A DNA stretch of 64,000 bases from Callorhinchus milii. Its lineage: Eukaryota. The notes under the pieces are model-generated. The model did not search any database. It saw only the letters and a program-made list of their open reading frames with translations, and had not been told where the DNA came from. Of the stretch, positions 38,106-50,955 are shown piece by piece (the first letter of the stretch is position 1; every line of letters begins with the position of its first letter). The position numbers and the translations under genes were made by a program. The stretch spans positions 105,464,001-105,528,000 of the forward strand of contig NW_024704743.1 in assembly GCF_018977255.1 (NCBI RefSeq), in the 5' to 3' direction.

Positions 38106-39486
38106 CTCTTCTGGTCTTCCTCACTTTTATGCACATAAGCGCACCTTAAATTCCACTTGCCATTTAATCGTTTTGTTGTAAAACTAATTTTCCCTAACAC
38201 TGAGAGAAAGGGATATACAGGAGGAGATTGTACAATGAACTAATAGGAAGCACTGGCCTGGAATGAAACTGTTGAAATGGAAAATAAAACGCAGATGTAG
38301 CCTGAGACTGAAGTAAGGCTGAATAATCTATTCCAAATGTTATGGCTCTGATTTTCTTTTGGCATAACTAAGCAGCATATGACCTGATGTGCTGCTTTGC
38401 AAACCTTAAAGCCATTCCAAATGAAACAATTGTCCAACACAGCTTCATGGTGCACAATAGCATCAGTTGCCTGCAAAACAACCATTACTTCATTTCCAAT
38501 TAATTTAATTCTCTGCAGTGCTTTCAGGCATTTCTTTGACATGAAGGGAGATTACATCTACACAATACATACAGACACAATGCATTACGGTATACAGTGT
38601 TAAGCGCTTTGAGATATCTCACCAATGTAATTTGTTGTAAGACAACAAATGCAAGCGTTACTTTTATGATTATTGTTGTATCCATCCAAGTTGTAATTTA
38701 GAAATAAAATTCAAAGCACAACTTGTTTGGAAACCGAATAATGATGATGATCGCAGAGCATTTGATCAGCAGGGCATTGTTCAAACATTTATTTACACAC
38801 GCATGGTTCAGTCTGAAACTTGCTGCTGCCCAGGAAGCTCCTGGTCCACAGCAATGATATGATTTGATGTGAAATAATGTTGCTGTTCTCCAGTTCTCAG
38901 GTTTGGCCCAGTGTGCGTAAGATCCCCACTATTTGGAAATGCTATGTGCGTGACAGATCTTTATTGGTAGAAGTATATTTGTACAATGAATTAATAGAAT
39001 GCCCTAGTATTGATAGAATGTGCAATAGTAGCAGGCAAAGCAACATGGTGCTAAAAGCTGTGTAGAATACATAGGATTGATTGTGAGAAAAAGATTCACT
39101 ATGCGAAACAGCTAACAGTTTTACTCTATAATGATACTGCATTTTAGTAATTCTCATTAATAAGACAGAATAAGGTTTAGCATTCTATGGATTTGGGTAA
39201 CCATGTTAATGTTTTACAATCCGGGTGTCAGCCAGGATCAGTTGATAGCTCTCTCACCTCTAAATCAAAATGTTGTAACTTAAAGCCCTGTGTCGGAACT
39301 TTGAACTCACAAGTCTACGCTGACACTTCAGTGCAGTGCAGTGCTGGGGGTGTACTGCATTGTTGGGAGGTGCTATCCTTAGGATGAGATGTTAAATCAA
39401 GGTCTGATGTTAAGGATCCCATGGCATTATTTGAAAAGATAAGGGAGCTTCTCACAGTGTTCTGGCTAACAATTCTCCAATTAAAA

Positions 39487-39812
39487 CAAAAACTGAAGTC
39501 GCTGGGAGCACTCAGCAGGTCAGGAAGCATCTATGAAGAAATGAAAGTGAGTCAACGTTTCAGGTTCATGACCCTTCTTCAGAACTGGGGCACTTAAGGG
39601 CTAACAGAGAGGGGAGAGGCAGGGCAGGGAAAGCAAAGGAGAAAATGGGGTAGAGGACAGGGGATGATGGGTTAAAGAGGTTTAAAGATGCAAACAAAGA
39701 GGAATTGCAACAAAACAGGCAGACCAGAGAGAGAAAAAGTGTGTCTGGGACCCAGATGATGTGATAATGATCACAGAAGAGGGGGAAGGTGAGCGGTTAT
39801 GGTCCTAAAATA
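39487..39812 (-). mobile_element. Penelope-like 3' fragment
   Basis: GAAGTCGCTGGGAGCACTCAGCAGGTCAGG matches 24312-24341; flanked by near-duplicates AATTCTCCAATTAAAA / AATTCCCCAAATAAAA. Confidence 0.7.
39550..39586 (-). ncRNA. Minimal type-I hammerhead ribozyme motif
   Basis: Minus strand AGUU-CUGAAGA-AGG(GUCAUGAA)CCU-GAAA-C-GUU-GACU: intact core, stem I and stem II, palindromic AACGUU stem III. Confidence 0.62.
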
Positions 39813-40499
39813 AATTCCCCAAATAAAATTGGTTACTCACTTAATGTCTGTTTGTGGGACATTTCTCTGTGTGCAAATTGGCTGCCAGGATTAGCTACAG
39901 AACACCTGTGAAGCCCTTTGAGACGTCCTCCCAACATAAAGGGCACTAGACTAAATATAAGGATTATTTTTATTATTATTTCAGAAAGGCTGATTTAGAG
40001 AAGATGTACTGCCATAAATTTAGTTGAAAATTACATTTGGAGACACAGAGATTGAAGAATGCAAAGGAAGTGTACTGGATAGAATATTACACTTTAAGAG
40101 AGCAATTATTTTTGCAATTGTACAGTACAGTTTTTCATTGAAAAGTATTTCCAGCAATAAATGAACATGGGAAATTAGAAGGCCACTCCGCCCATCAGTC
40201 CCATCTCCAGACTACAGTAATAGATGAAGAGAAGACCCATTGCTTACGTTTCAATTGTCAAAACTATTTCATCAGTGCCTTACTCCAACAAATCTATTTA
40301 TCCCCAACAAAACACACCTCTGCTATTTCACTGACACATTTTAGCCTTTAGTGGCAATCAGTTAACTTGACATATATCGTGGATAGCAAAACCCAGGATA
40401 TCTCTTCTGCAGATGTATCAACGGGCTATAAATCATCTTTTCAGTGGATTAAACACCGAACAAGGAGACATATCAGTAAAACGTTCACTAAAACTTTCA

Positions 40500-40880
40500 T
40501 GGAGTCCTGTGGCCTATTAGTTAGAGCACTTGCCTTGCAAGCGAGAGGATTTGGGTTCGATTCACGTTCGGAGTGAAATCTTAGGCAAGTTTTCTTACTG
40601 CACGTGCCCCTGTTTACCTAGCAGTAAGTGGGAACCCGGTTCCTAGTTGATTGGTGGATCTCTTTTCCGGAGTTTAATAACCCCTTCAAAAATAACATTC
40701 AAAAAAAATAATTTGGTCATTCAATCCACAACTGTTTGTGGGACACTGCTGTGCGCAATTAGCTCCTGCGTTTCGCCCCAAAATATAGCCAATTCACTTT
40801 ACAGTACATTCTGTGAAGTGCTTTGAGACATCTCAAATACATGATAAGGTGCTATATCAAATGCAAGGATTATTATTATA
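40500..40880 (+). mobile_element. tRNA-derived SINE, long variant, full length
   Basis: TGGAGTCCTGTGGC head, CCCTGTTTACCTAGCAGTAAGTGGGAACC internal segment, (ATT)n tail. Confidence 0.88.
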
Positions 40881-42959
40881 ATTAAAACCAAAATATACTG
40901 AATCTAAGCATTCTGCTAGCCTGTCATTAACACTTTGACCACCTCACACATACCAGTTTAAATCTAATAATGACTGTTTACAGGAAGCAAAATGTCTGAG
41001 TAAAAGCAGTGTAAATAAAGCAGATCTTGGTGGTGCAAAAACAGTGGCTCAGGCTAATAACATGCTGGTAGAACAGAATGTTACATTTCAGTACAAAATT
41101 TTCAGTGCACCCTGAGAGCTCGGTAGGTCTGTGTCTCGGTTTGACACCAAAGAGAGTCTGATCTACACTATGTGTTGAACAGTCTGACACTCACTAACTC
41201 AAAATTATAATTAAAATAATGTTTCCGATGCTACTTTTATTCTGCACAGCAAGCGTTCATTTGATGCGCTCTCTGCCTTCAATTAGTGTTAAAAGTGTAG
41301 CAGAAATCTGATTGATTTCAAGTTCCACCCCCAAAATTACCTCCAGGAAGTGATTTTGGAATCCAATCGAACTCAGCGGTTGCAGTACAAATTGAATTTT
41401 ACTGCTGGCAATGTCAAATGAATTTTGAAACTTAATAAATAACATATTTAAAAGTTTCTGGATGCCCCAAAGGATTTTTTAAATTATTATTGGAAAGCCA
41501 TTCCCGTTCACAGCTTTTAATAACATTTCAAAAGAATTAACCAATGTCTAGCACCGGGTAAGTCACCAAATGTGTTGACTCCTCGGAATTTCAACAAGAG
41601 AGATTTGAAGTGGGAAACGTAAGTGAAGTTTCCAGCTCATCACTCCACTATTGAAACAATGTCACATTAGCTTTGTAGAATAAAATAGGATTTTATTGCA
41701 AATAACTGAACTTTACAATCCCTGAAACTCAGATAGGAATAAGACTGTGGCTGGAATTGTGTCAGGGCAGATATGGGGAGGGTGGACGGTGGAAGGGCGT
41801 ATAATAAAAGCAGCTGAAGGGAATAATGAGGGGTGGGGTGTGTGGGTCAATACTTTGCAAAGGGTTATTGGTGACACAGAGTGGCATGATAAGAACAAAG
41901 AGGTAACAATTAATAAAAGGTGCAGGTTGCATGGAAGAGAAACAGTCAAAGTAGGAAAATGAATAAGGGGATTACAAACATGGCTGTCCCACCATACCAC
42001 AGGCTCTGCCTCACTCCCAGTAGATACACACAGGGCTGTCTTTATCTTTACCCAAGATGACATTGCTATTGAACAAGATGAATAAAAGTCTGTATTATGG
42101 TTATATCCACAAATTCTTTGCACATGATTTAATAGGATAAATAATATTAATCCTTGCATTTGATAAAACCAATGTAAAAAGTGTCAAAGTATTTCACAGA
42201 TAATTTCTGTCTCATATTACCTACCATCTGAGCCAATCTGAGTTGAGGCTCTTTGTGTGTTAGAGTAATTAATATGAATTTTTTGCTTTATTGACGGTGC
42301 TGTCCATTGTCTCCTGTGCTAGTCAAGCATGGTAAAGTGACACGGAAACTGAAGTGATAGCAAAACATGAGCCAGGAATGTCCTTTTCACAATCACTAGG
42401 AGAACCCAAGTGGAAGTTAAAGGAGAAACATGATCAACTTCCCCCATTTCTGCCTTTGAAAGTCTAGACTTTGGAATTGTTAAATAATTAGACAGACCTA
42501 AGACTATAAAATTGTTAAGCACTTTGCAGCATTGTGTACAGTGAATTGTTCTGCAAAATAAAGAACACAAAATACCTATTAGTCCATAGCCGTGAATTCT
42601 GAAAATCTGACATAAAGCAACAAACATTTGAAATGCAGTGGGTCATTTGGAAATGTCAATGATGTGTTGGGCAGTTGAAGCTTTCATATTCATGATAATA
42701 ATTTTTGATTCTTGTGAACGTGAGCTGTATTTTATTTGAATTGGGGGAAAAGGTTGCAGATAATTTGAGAACCACATTCATAAATCTTTTTCAAATCAAT
42801 ACAAAGATCAACAGGTAATTGAAGTGTTCAGGAAATTATGCAAGGTTCCTACTCTATTCATCCTGTTCTTCAGCACTGAAATTTTCATGTCATAGACAGG
42901 TTCAGAATCTAGCAGCATTTATCTTCTCTGCAATTTTGATGACTGTGAGAGAAAGGAGC

Positions 42960-43220
42960 TTGCATTTTTAGAGTGTTTTATCACATTGAAACATTGCAAA
43001 GCAATTTACAGATAATTCCTGTCAAGTGTAGGGACAGTTGTCTAGCCAAACGTGACAGCCATTTGCAGCAGCAAGATCTTACAAATACCCATTACACTAA
43101 TCACCACTTAATGGAAAGGATTGCTAGCCAAGACACAAGGGAATACCTCCCTTCTCATTCTGATTGGCGTCGTAGGATCTCTGGCATCCATCTGAACAAG
43201 CAGAGAGAATCTTAGTTTAG
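42960..43220 (-). mobile_element. Old Deu-domain SINE, 3' part
   Basis: The reverse strand has CTGCTTGTTCAGATGGATGCCAGAGATCC and a degraded tail. Confidence 0.55.
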
Positions 43221-44577
43221 GGTCACCCTAATTTAATTAATAGCACTTATCTCTGGATCAGAAGGTTATGGATTCAAATCCCATATTGGGATTTGCATCT
43301 TTATATTGCTTTATTGAATTGAAACATTGCAAAGCAATTTGCAGATTATTGCTGTCAAGTGTAGGGGTAGGGATTTAGCTTCACATAGTGGGATTTGAGT
43401 TCATAAGCTAAAGTGACATCTCAGTCGATTTTGGAGGAACTCTGTATTGTGGAGGTGCCATCTTTCGGATGAGATGTCTCAAAGTGCTCCCAGGATTTTA
43501 CTGTGATGTGTAGTGACTATGCAGTTCCAGATTTGCTCCTATTGACTTAGGAGAGTTCAACTCCATATCAATAATATGTTGTTGCTTCCAATGCTGATTC
43601 TGTGGTTGAAAAGAAAACATGAATTCTTAGTGATAACCAAAATGGTTGTCATATTGGTGAGTGGGGGGGAATGTGGAATGATGAGAGAGGTTTAATTTCA
43701 TTGTCAATCTTTTGGAACAAATCAAAAATGTGATATTTCTGAACACATTTTATGTGATTGAAGCTGTTACGAAATGTTGCATTTTTCATTCTGCGCAGAA
43801 TATGGCACAAGCTTAATCTCAGTTGGGGGAAGGTGGATGTAGAGTTCAAGACAAACAGCCTTGAGAATGACATACATAGCAGTGAATGAGAGGGAAACAA
43901 ATACTGATCCACTGGAGAATCAGGTGGGAAATTATTGGAGAGCTAATGTCTGAAATGTAAGACTTGAAGTTAATGCAAGCTACACTTGATAAAAGGAATT
44001 TGCACATCTTTGGCGGCCATTGGTTATGCTGAATGGAAGTAATGATTATATCCTTGAACACGGATGAATCTTAAGAAGGAATTCTTGTCAAGCACTTCAA
44101 TTAATTTAATAAGGGCCTCTGCACAACAGTCACAGCACAGATGAGCTTAACTTTGACATTCACTCTCTGTTAAACCTGAGGGACCGGGTAAAAGACACAT
44201 CAAGCTCTTCACAGAACATAATGTCATCGCTATTTAATAGTCATGACATGAGTTCACAATAAAACTTGATAGATTCAGTCCAAGATGGGTTCAGAGAAAG
44301 GTTAAATTTTCTGACAAAGCAATACTAACATGTTTGTCTTCAGTTAACATCCAGCGCAGCACAACCAGTGAAAAGCTGCCAGTTATGTTTTTCGTTCTTT
44401 CAGCCACAGTTCTCCAAAACAGATATGTGCTATGATTCTGCTTTGTTAAGATTGATTTTTGTTATGATGTGTTAATGCTACAGGGTATATATTATATCTG
44501 AAATTTCTCAACAGATTTGAAACCTGCATACTGATTTTATATTGTTTAGTTATTGAATCTGGAATATATTGTAAACT

Positions 44578-45020
44578 GGCTGTCAGCCTGGATCAGTTGC
44601 TAGCATTCTCATCTCAGAGTCAGAAGGTTATGGGTTCAAGCCCCATGTTGGGATTATTTAAAATCGTAGTCTAAGATGCTCTCCAGTGCGGTTCTAGGGA
44701 GCGCTGCATTGCCAGAGGTACAGTCTTTCAGATAAGACTTTGAACCAAGGATCCGTCTGCCTGTTCAGGTAGAATTTAAAGATTTCACTATTGGTAAAGA
44801 GAAGGAAGTTTCTCTTAGTGTCCTGACCAACAATCCTCCAGATAAAATTGATCATTCACTTAATTTCTGTGGGACATTGCTGTGTGCAAATTGTGTGCTG
44901 CCACATTTGACTAGAAAATACACAACCACTAAACTGTGTATGCTACTGTACAATCTTTTTGAGATGTTTCGATGCCATGATAAGGCACTATATCAATTAC
45001 AAGAATTGTCATCATTATTA
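44578..45020 (+). mobile_element. Deu-domain SINE, full length
   Basis: GTCAGCCTGGATCAGTTGCTAGCA..GGGTTCAAGCCCCA head, CCAAGGATCCGTCTGCCTGTTCAGGT core, tail. Confidence 0.82.
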
Positions 45021-45634
45021 CAGAGCCAAGGAATAAGGTTTGAGTCAACCTTGGAATGAGAGATGAGCTCATGAAATATCTAACATTTGACTTTTGTGGA
45101 CTGAGTACTGACCAAATAATGCTTTACTTAGATGAATGTTCTCTATGAGACTATTCTGAGACTATAAAGTTTTCCAGTAAGAAGTAAGATTAATTCAACA
45201 ACACTTTCAATAAGTAATCAAACTTTTTAAAAGTGACATTTTTAAATTAGGTAACTGGCCTGACCAAATTATCCTCTCGATCACTCAGCTTTGTGGCCAC
45301 TGGCCATTGAGTATCTTTAGCCTCTTTTGAAAACCAGCTTTTTGTCAATAATCAACTCTGCACCCAGAGTTGTGAACATCTGTCCATCAATGCACAATTA
45401 TGGAACAGCCACAAAGTCTGATTTTTTTCTGAAAGTATCACTGTTTGGGGATTTATCCTGTGTTGTTAGATGTCTCTAATCTTTGCAGTTACTGATGTAG
45501 TTGAACTTCTTATTTTTTAGCAGGATGTTAGGCAATAGGAAATTTGGTTTAGGTTTAGGAAGGTTCAGGAAATGTGTTGGATTTATTCTGGGAATTGAAG
45601 CAAGTGGCAATTAGAAGCAAGCACTTTGGTTTCG

Positions 45635-45880
45635 TAATAATAATCCTTGCATTTGATATAGCGCTTTTCACATCTTTTCAACGTCTCAAAGCGCTTCACA
45701 GAATATACTGTAAAGTGAATTGACTGCATATTTTGTGGGCAAAACATGGCAGCCAATTGCACACAGCAATGTCCCACAAATAGTCAAGAAAACTTGCCCA
45801 AGGTTTCGACCTGCCAGAAAACAAACCCAGGTTTCTCGCTTGCGAGGCGAGTGGTCCAACCACTGAGCTACAGGACTCCA
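45635..45880 (-). mobile_element. Young SINE with an internal deletion
   Basis: Head and tail are present; the middle segment between GGGCAAGTTT and TTTGTGGGAC is missing. Confidence 0.88.
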
Positions 45881-46832
45881 CAAACGTTACAGACCAATGT
45901 TTGTAACTAGACGGTAAACTGGAACCTCCTGATCACTCTCAAAATAATTACAATTGCACCTTATTATATAAGCACTGCTGGCTGAATGGAAACAAATCTA
46001 TTTTGATAATATTAGCACAGAGTACTTTAAAGTTCATGAGTAATCGGTGGATCAGAGTCTAAAGTATTATGTACAGACCATGACCATATTTTCCACCTGA
46101 AGATATACACCAACACTTAACTGCTCTCCTCCAAATACATGGCTGAATTGATATATAGTTTGGTGTCTTACTGAGATGGTCAAGCAGCAAAAATGCATGT
46201 GGTGATGGGATTTTTTACAACTTATTATTAAATTGTGGTCATAGGGGTGACCACTGTGCCTAACCCTGTGTTATTATTTCAAATTTGTACAGAGAGAGAT
46301 GGGTGAAAGATGAAGCATCTAACATAATGCATGTTGCATTGACATGTTAGCAGTGAAAATAGAAATATGTCATTTGGGAATGATATTTTATTCAGTGATG
46401 TACAGAAAGCTATTCTTTACACTCACTCATTTATTCACTCACTCAACCAATTCAAACTTGTGATGGAATGAAGAATGTTCCCATGGGATGGGTTCCTCAG
46501 GACTGACTGTGCACGAATGGAACTCCGCCTGATCCAGTCCAGAGGTCATGGGGAGAAATTCTGGAAAAAGTTTTTAAAAAGTACAAAAGAGCTAAACAGG
46601 TAGGTTATATGATGTCATTTAGAATAGAAAATACAAAACACATTTATAAAGTGCCCTACACACGGCTTAGTCTCAGAGGACTTAATTAGTTTATTCATTT
46701 GTTTCAACGCATTCGTTTTTTTTCCAAAGTGAAATCATGTCTTTATTTTTCAAACAAAATACCAAACTGTTGTGGTTTAGCCACGATATAACATTCCATT
46801 ATTTTCATCTCCAATAATACTGTCTACAATTT

Positions 46833-46943
46833 ATAATAATCCTTGCATTTGATGTAGCACCTTATCACGTCCTCAAGACTTCTCAAAGCGCTTCACAGAA
46901 TATACTGTAAAGTGAATTGACTGTATATTTGGTGGGCGAAACG
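46833..46943 (-). mobile_element. SINE 3' tail fragment
   Basis: ATAATCCTTGCATTTGAT..GTAAAGTGAATTGACTGTATATTT. Confidence 0.85.
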
Positions 46944-47576
46944 CAAAAATTTTGGAACTGTCATAAACAAAGTCTGTAAAACACTGTACGAATGCATTCA
47001 TTGAATTGAGTTGTGTGCTAAGGATCACCATTTGAGAAAGTCATTCTTAATAATTAAGGTGTGGGTCGATGTGACAGTTGAGCTCTCTTACATTTTCCAA
47101 TATGTCTCAAAACATATCACAAGAACACACTCCAGTGAACCAGTGTAACAGTTCTATTCCACAAAGACAACTCTTTTTGACCTTGTGCGACAGATTTTCA
47201 GACTGATTGTCCATTCAGTTTTATTTGGCCTGACAATCATTAGACAGTTAAATCTTTATCTCAGTCATTTCAGATATATTCACCGCAGTAATGCCCTGCT
47301 GTTACAGCCCCTCAGAAAAGTGTGTTAATGCATTTAGTCAACAGAAAAAATAACAATTTGTTTAGCTGTTGTAAAGGAAACAAATAGTGTAATATTTTGT
47401 GCAAAAGCAAAAGTCTGTGAATGTGTTGAATTTTCTCGTTCATTGCAGATAATACTAAATCTTTGTAGATTATATTTGATGAATTAAATATTTGCAAAGC
47501 ATTTATGCAGTGTGGAAATTCTTCTGAAGGTAAAAACCTAATTTATCACAAATGTGCTATGTGATTATTATTGTTT

Positions 47577-48644
47577 ATTTTCCTTTTTCTTTCCTAAGCC
47601 CATACCACCTTACTTGCACAATTTGAAATCAATTCCAATTCTTTTGGAATGTTTCAGCAAAACAATCATTTGCTGAAACATTCATTTGCTGAAACATCTG
47701 CTCAGATGTGAAGGAATCATATTCACAGGAGTGAATAAGTTTAAGGAGGCATCTTACTTCTTTAAAGCAGTGAAACCAATGGGTTTCAGAGAGGTATTTT
47801 GTTTAAAAACCTGGATGGGAAAACTACACAACACATTTAGCAAATGAAAAAAAATGAAAAAAAACTATTGTTTAACGATATTGTCATTATTGTTTTAAGT
47901 GCCAGCTTCTGAAGCAGACAAATCATGCAAGGTATTTTATTCAGGTACAAAGTATAAGAATATTGGAACTCATTACAGAATCTTAGTCTCCAAATCCTTT
48001 GTTTTTGCAGCCTGCATGGTGACCTTCAGCATTTATTCAGGAAGCACCATTTTAAGTGCCTTTATCTCCGCCTATTGATTTCTGGTGAAAAACGTGTCTA
48101 CTATGTACAGGTGTGCAAGCTTATAAAAAATATATAGAAGTGAAAAAATGATTCAATGAGCAACAAAGAATGGTTGCGACAGTTTTTAGAATAATAGATC
48201 TGCTCAGAGGCGAAGGAATCATATTCACAGGAGTGAATAAAGTTTAAGGAGGCATCTGACTTCTTTAAAGCAGTGAAAACAATGGGTTTTAGAGAGGTAT
48301 TTTGTCCAAAAACCTGGACGGGAAAACTACACAACATATTTAGCAAATGAAAAAAAATTGTGATCAAGACGTCTTGAGTCGAGAGATTACTGAATTATGA
48401 GCAATTTCATATTGTGGTTATGAGTAATCTGAATCCTGACTCAGCATTGGGTTCCGCCACTGTTAAACACTCCCAAGACACTGCCCCCCATGAAGGGTGC
48501 TATATAAATGCAAGTTGTTGTTGTAGGCTGCCCCCCTCCCCTCACACCAAATGATTACTTTGCTGAAACATTCCAAAAAGAATTGGAATTGATTTCAAAT
48601 TGTGCAAGTAAGGTGGTATAGGCTTAGGAAAGAAAAAGGAAAAT
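47577..48644. repeat. Local inverted repeat (47577-47672 / 48548-48644) and direct repeat (47696-47855 / 48198-48358)
   Basis: Base-by-base comparison shows only scattered mismatches in each pair. Confidence 0.92.
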
Positions 48645-49247
48645 TAAAAACAGCCAGAAATCAACCAGCAATGGGAGTTGGATTGAAAAGTGGGTTGAAA
48701 GGCATTTTCTATTTCTTCCATTGGTGTGACCTTGTTTTCTTACTGCCACTGCCTTTCCTAACCAAACAATTTATCTGTTTTGTGTGGTTCTTCGTGCTAA
48801 CTTTCCAAACGGTAATATTTTCAATCTAAGACATGAATTAAAGAAAAGGTTTTCAGCTGAGATTTGAATGCATTTTTTGTTTCTATCTATTTGCTGTGTT
48901 AGTCAAATAAAACACATCATTCACGCTGCATGCTTCTATTTTTTTAGCTGATTTGTCTTTGCCAATCAATTAGAGAGGATGCATGAGCACTTTTGAGGGA
49001 GTGTTTGAGTGTATTCTTCACAGCTGCTAATACAGTACCTGGGCTCTGCATGCAAGTGGACAACATAAAGAAAGAAAATGTAACACACTGATTTGAGAGC
49101 TTAATGGGAAAGAAATGTAACAAACTGGAGGATTTAAAATATATATATATTACTAAGGCAGTTAAAAAGTTAACCTGACTGAACAAAATACAGATTGTTG
49201 GTTGTTTATTTCATCCAAACTTAATAACAATATATTAATACATCAAT

Positions 49248-49470
49248 GCCTGTTCAGGTGGCTGTTAAAGATCCCATGGCACTATTCAACAAGAGAAGAG
49301 TATTTGTTCAAATGTTCTGGCCAATAATTCCACAAATAAAATTGGTCTTGATTGTTTGTGGGACACTGCTATAAGCAAATTGGCTATCATGTTTGCCTAC
49401 AAATATATAGTCAGTACACTTCATGGTAAATCTCGTGAAGCACTTTGAGACTTTTCAATGATGTGATAAA
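49248..49470 (+). mobile_element. Deu-domain SINE, partial
   Basis: GCCTGTTCAGGTGGCTGTTAAAGATCCCATGGCACTATTC. Confidence 0.75.
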
Positions 49471-50279
49471 TGAACCATCATTAAAAGGTTCAAAGTGCTT
49501 CACAGGATTGAAAGATATCGAATGCAAGAACAATTATTATTATTTACTCAAAACAACACATCTGCCATGTCAGAAACTTTATTGGACATAATATTCTATA
49601 ATATAAGCTCTATAATATTAGCTTATATAAGATATCGTCCACAAAATACAGTCAATACACTTTGCAATATATTGTGTGTAAACGCTTTGAGGTGTCCCAC
49701 TGTCATGATAAGGCGCTTTATCAAATACAAGGATTACTATTATTATTATATAGTAAAGAGGCTTGGATTTCTAAAAGGCAATTTCACCTTCCTGTGTATG
49801 AAGCAGTTCTTACCTATTCATATACCTGCAGGACAGCGCTCTGAGCCTCTAACCAGCAAAATGGGCGTTAGATAAAATGCAAGGTTTTCTTTTTGCAATA
49901 GCTTAAATTTGAAAATGCTCTTATAGAAATCAGTACAGCATTCATCTCGCAGATTGTGATGATGAATCTCCAACTTTGAAAGGACTCATGACAAGGTCAG
50001 GCTGTTTGATTCTCACCTGATCTCTGCCAATTGTTCAGCTGTTGATTGACGTCCAATTCACAGCACATTATCCACTCGAAGCTCATTCAGTGCTGGTGCT
50101 CTGGATCCCCTGAAATGCAAAGGCTGCAATGGGGGGGAAAAAAATATCTCTTCGTCATACTCACCAGCAACCCTGTCACTTTGGAGCTCAGAATATTTGC
50201 GAAGTCTGTAATTATTCTGCGATATCACTTGGCAATGCCACATTGAACTCATTTTCTCATAAAAGGGTCCTACAGTGCA

Positions 50280-50438
50280 TCTCTCCCCTCTCCTTACTGA
50301 ATGAACTTCCTCTCTCTACCCATTTGCATCCCTCTCTCTCTCCCCCACTTGCTCCTTTAACTCTTTCTTTCTTTCTATCTTTTGTCTGCCTTTCTCTCTG
50401 TCTGTCTTTCTTTCTACCTCCCTCCCTCTCTCTCTCTC
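50280..50438. repeat. Pyrimidine-rich (CT) low-complexity tract
   Basis: Largely C/T on the + strand. Confidence 0.8.
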
Positions 50439-50895
50439 CATAAAGACAGCAGTCCCTGAGTGGGGGAGGGAATGTGGAGACATTAATGGGGACAGTGGTT
50501 GGGATCTCTCTGGTGGCTGTGATGTGATGTAAGGTGGTGGCGTCCATTGGTTTAGAGACTGAGCTCTGATCCACAAGGACAAACCTGGTCCTTATCATCA
50601 GGAAGAGTATTACAGACCAGCATCGCCTCGGCGTCTGGGAGTTTCAGATTATAACCTGTGTGGAGGTGAGAGATCTGTGCCTCCAGAGCCTGGGACAAGG
50701 TGAGAGGTGGAAGTTTCACGTAAATTGCAACCTTTAATGAAATAGTTAAGGTGTTTAAGTGAGTGCAGTATATAGACAATATTGTCAGTCTGTGGGGGGG
50801 ACGATGTGCAATTACAGTAAACTTGAAAAGCCATCACATTTCGTGATGACATTTAATTTCGTTGTTCATGTTGAAAGCACACAGCACAGGGTCTG

Positions 50896-50924
50896 ACTTG
50901 ATCCTGGATTCCCCCACTCCCCCC

Positions 50925-50955
<31 letters not shown>

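Larger units (their letters stand above)
39225..39980 (+). mobile_element. Deu-domain SINE split by a Penelope-like insertion
   Basis: Head and core at 39225-39486; 3' half resumes at 39813. Confidence 0.75.

Noticed and set aside
41570..41960. Possible fourth, very old Penelope-like end (GTGATGA..GAAAC on the minus strand, purine-rich tract)
   Set aside because: The core is mutated, there is no stem II, and the similarity is too weak to support by eye.
47577..48644. MITE or foldback transposon with about 95-bp TIRs
   Set aside because: No TSD is visible, and the fold-back junction plus the adjacent direct copy fit templated insertion better. Not fully excluded.
50043..50058. CRE-like TGACGTCC overlapping CCAAT upstream of NPBWR1
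   Set aside because: A short imperfect motif with no conservation or start-site data.
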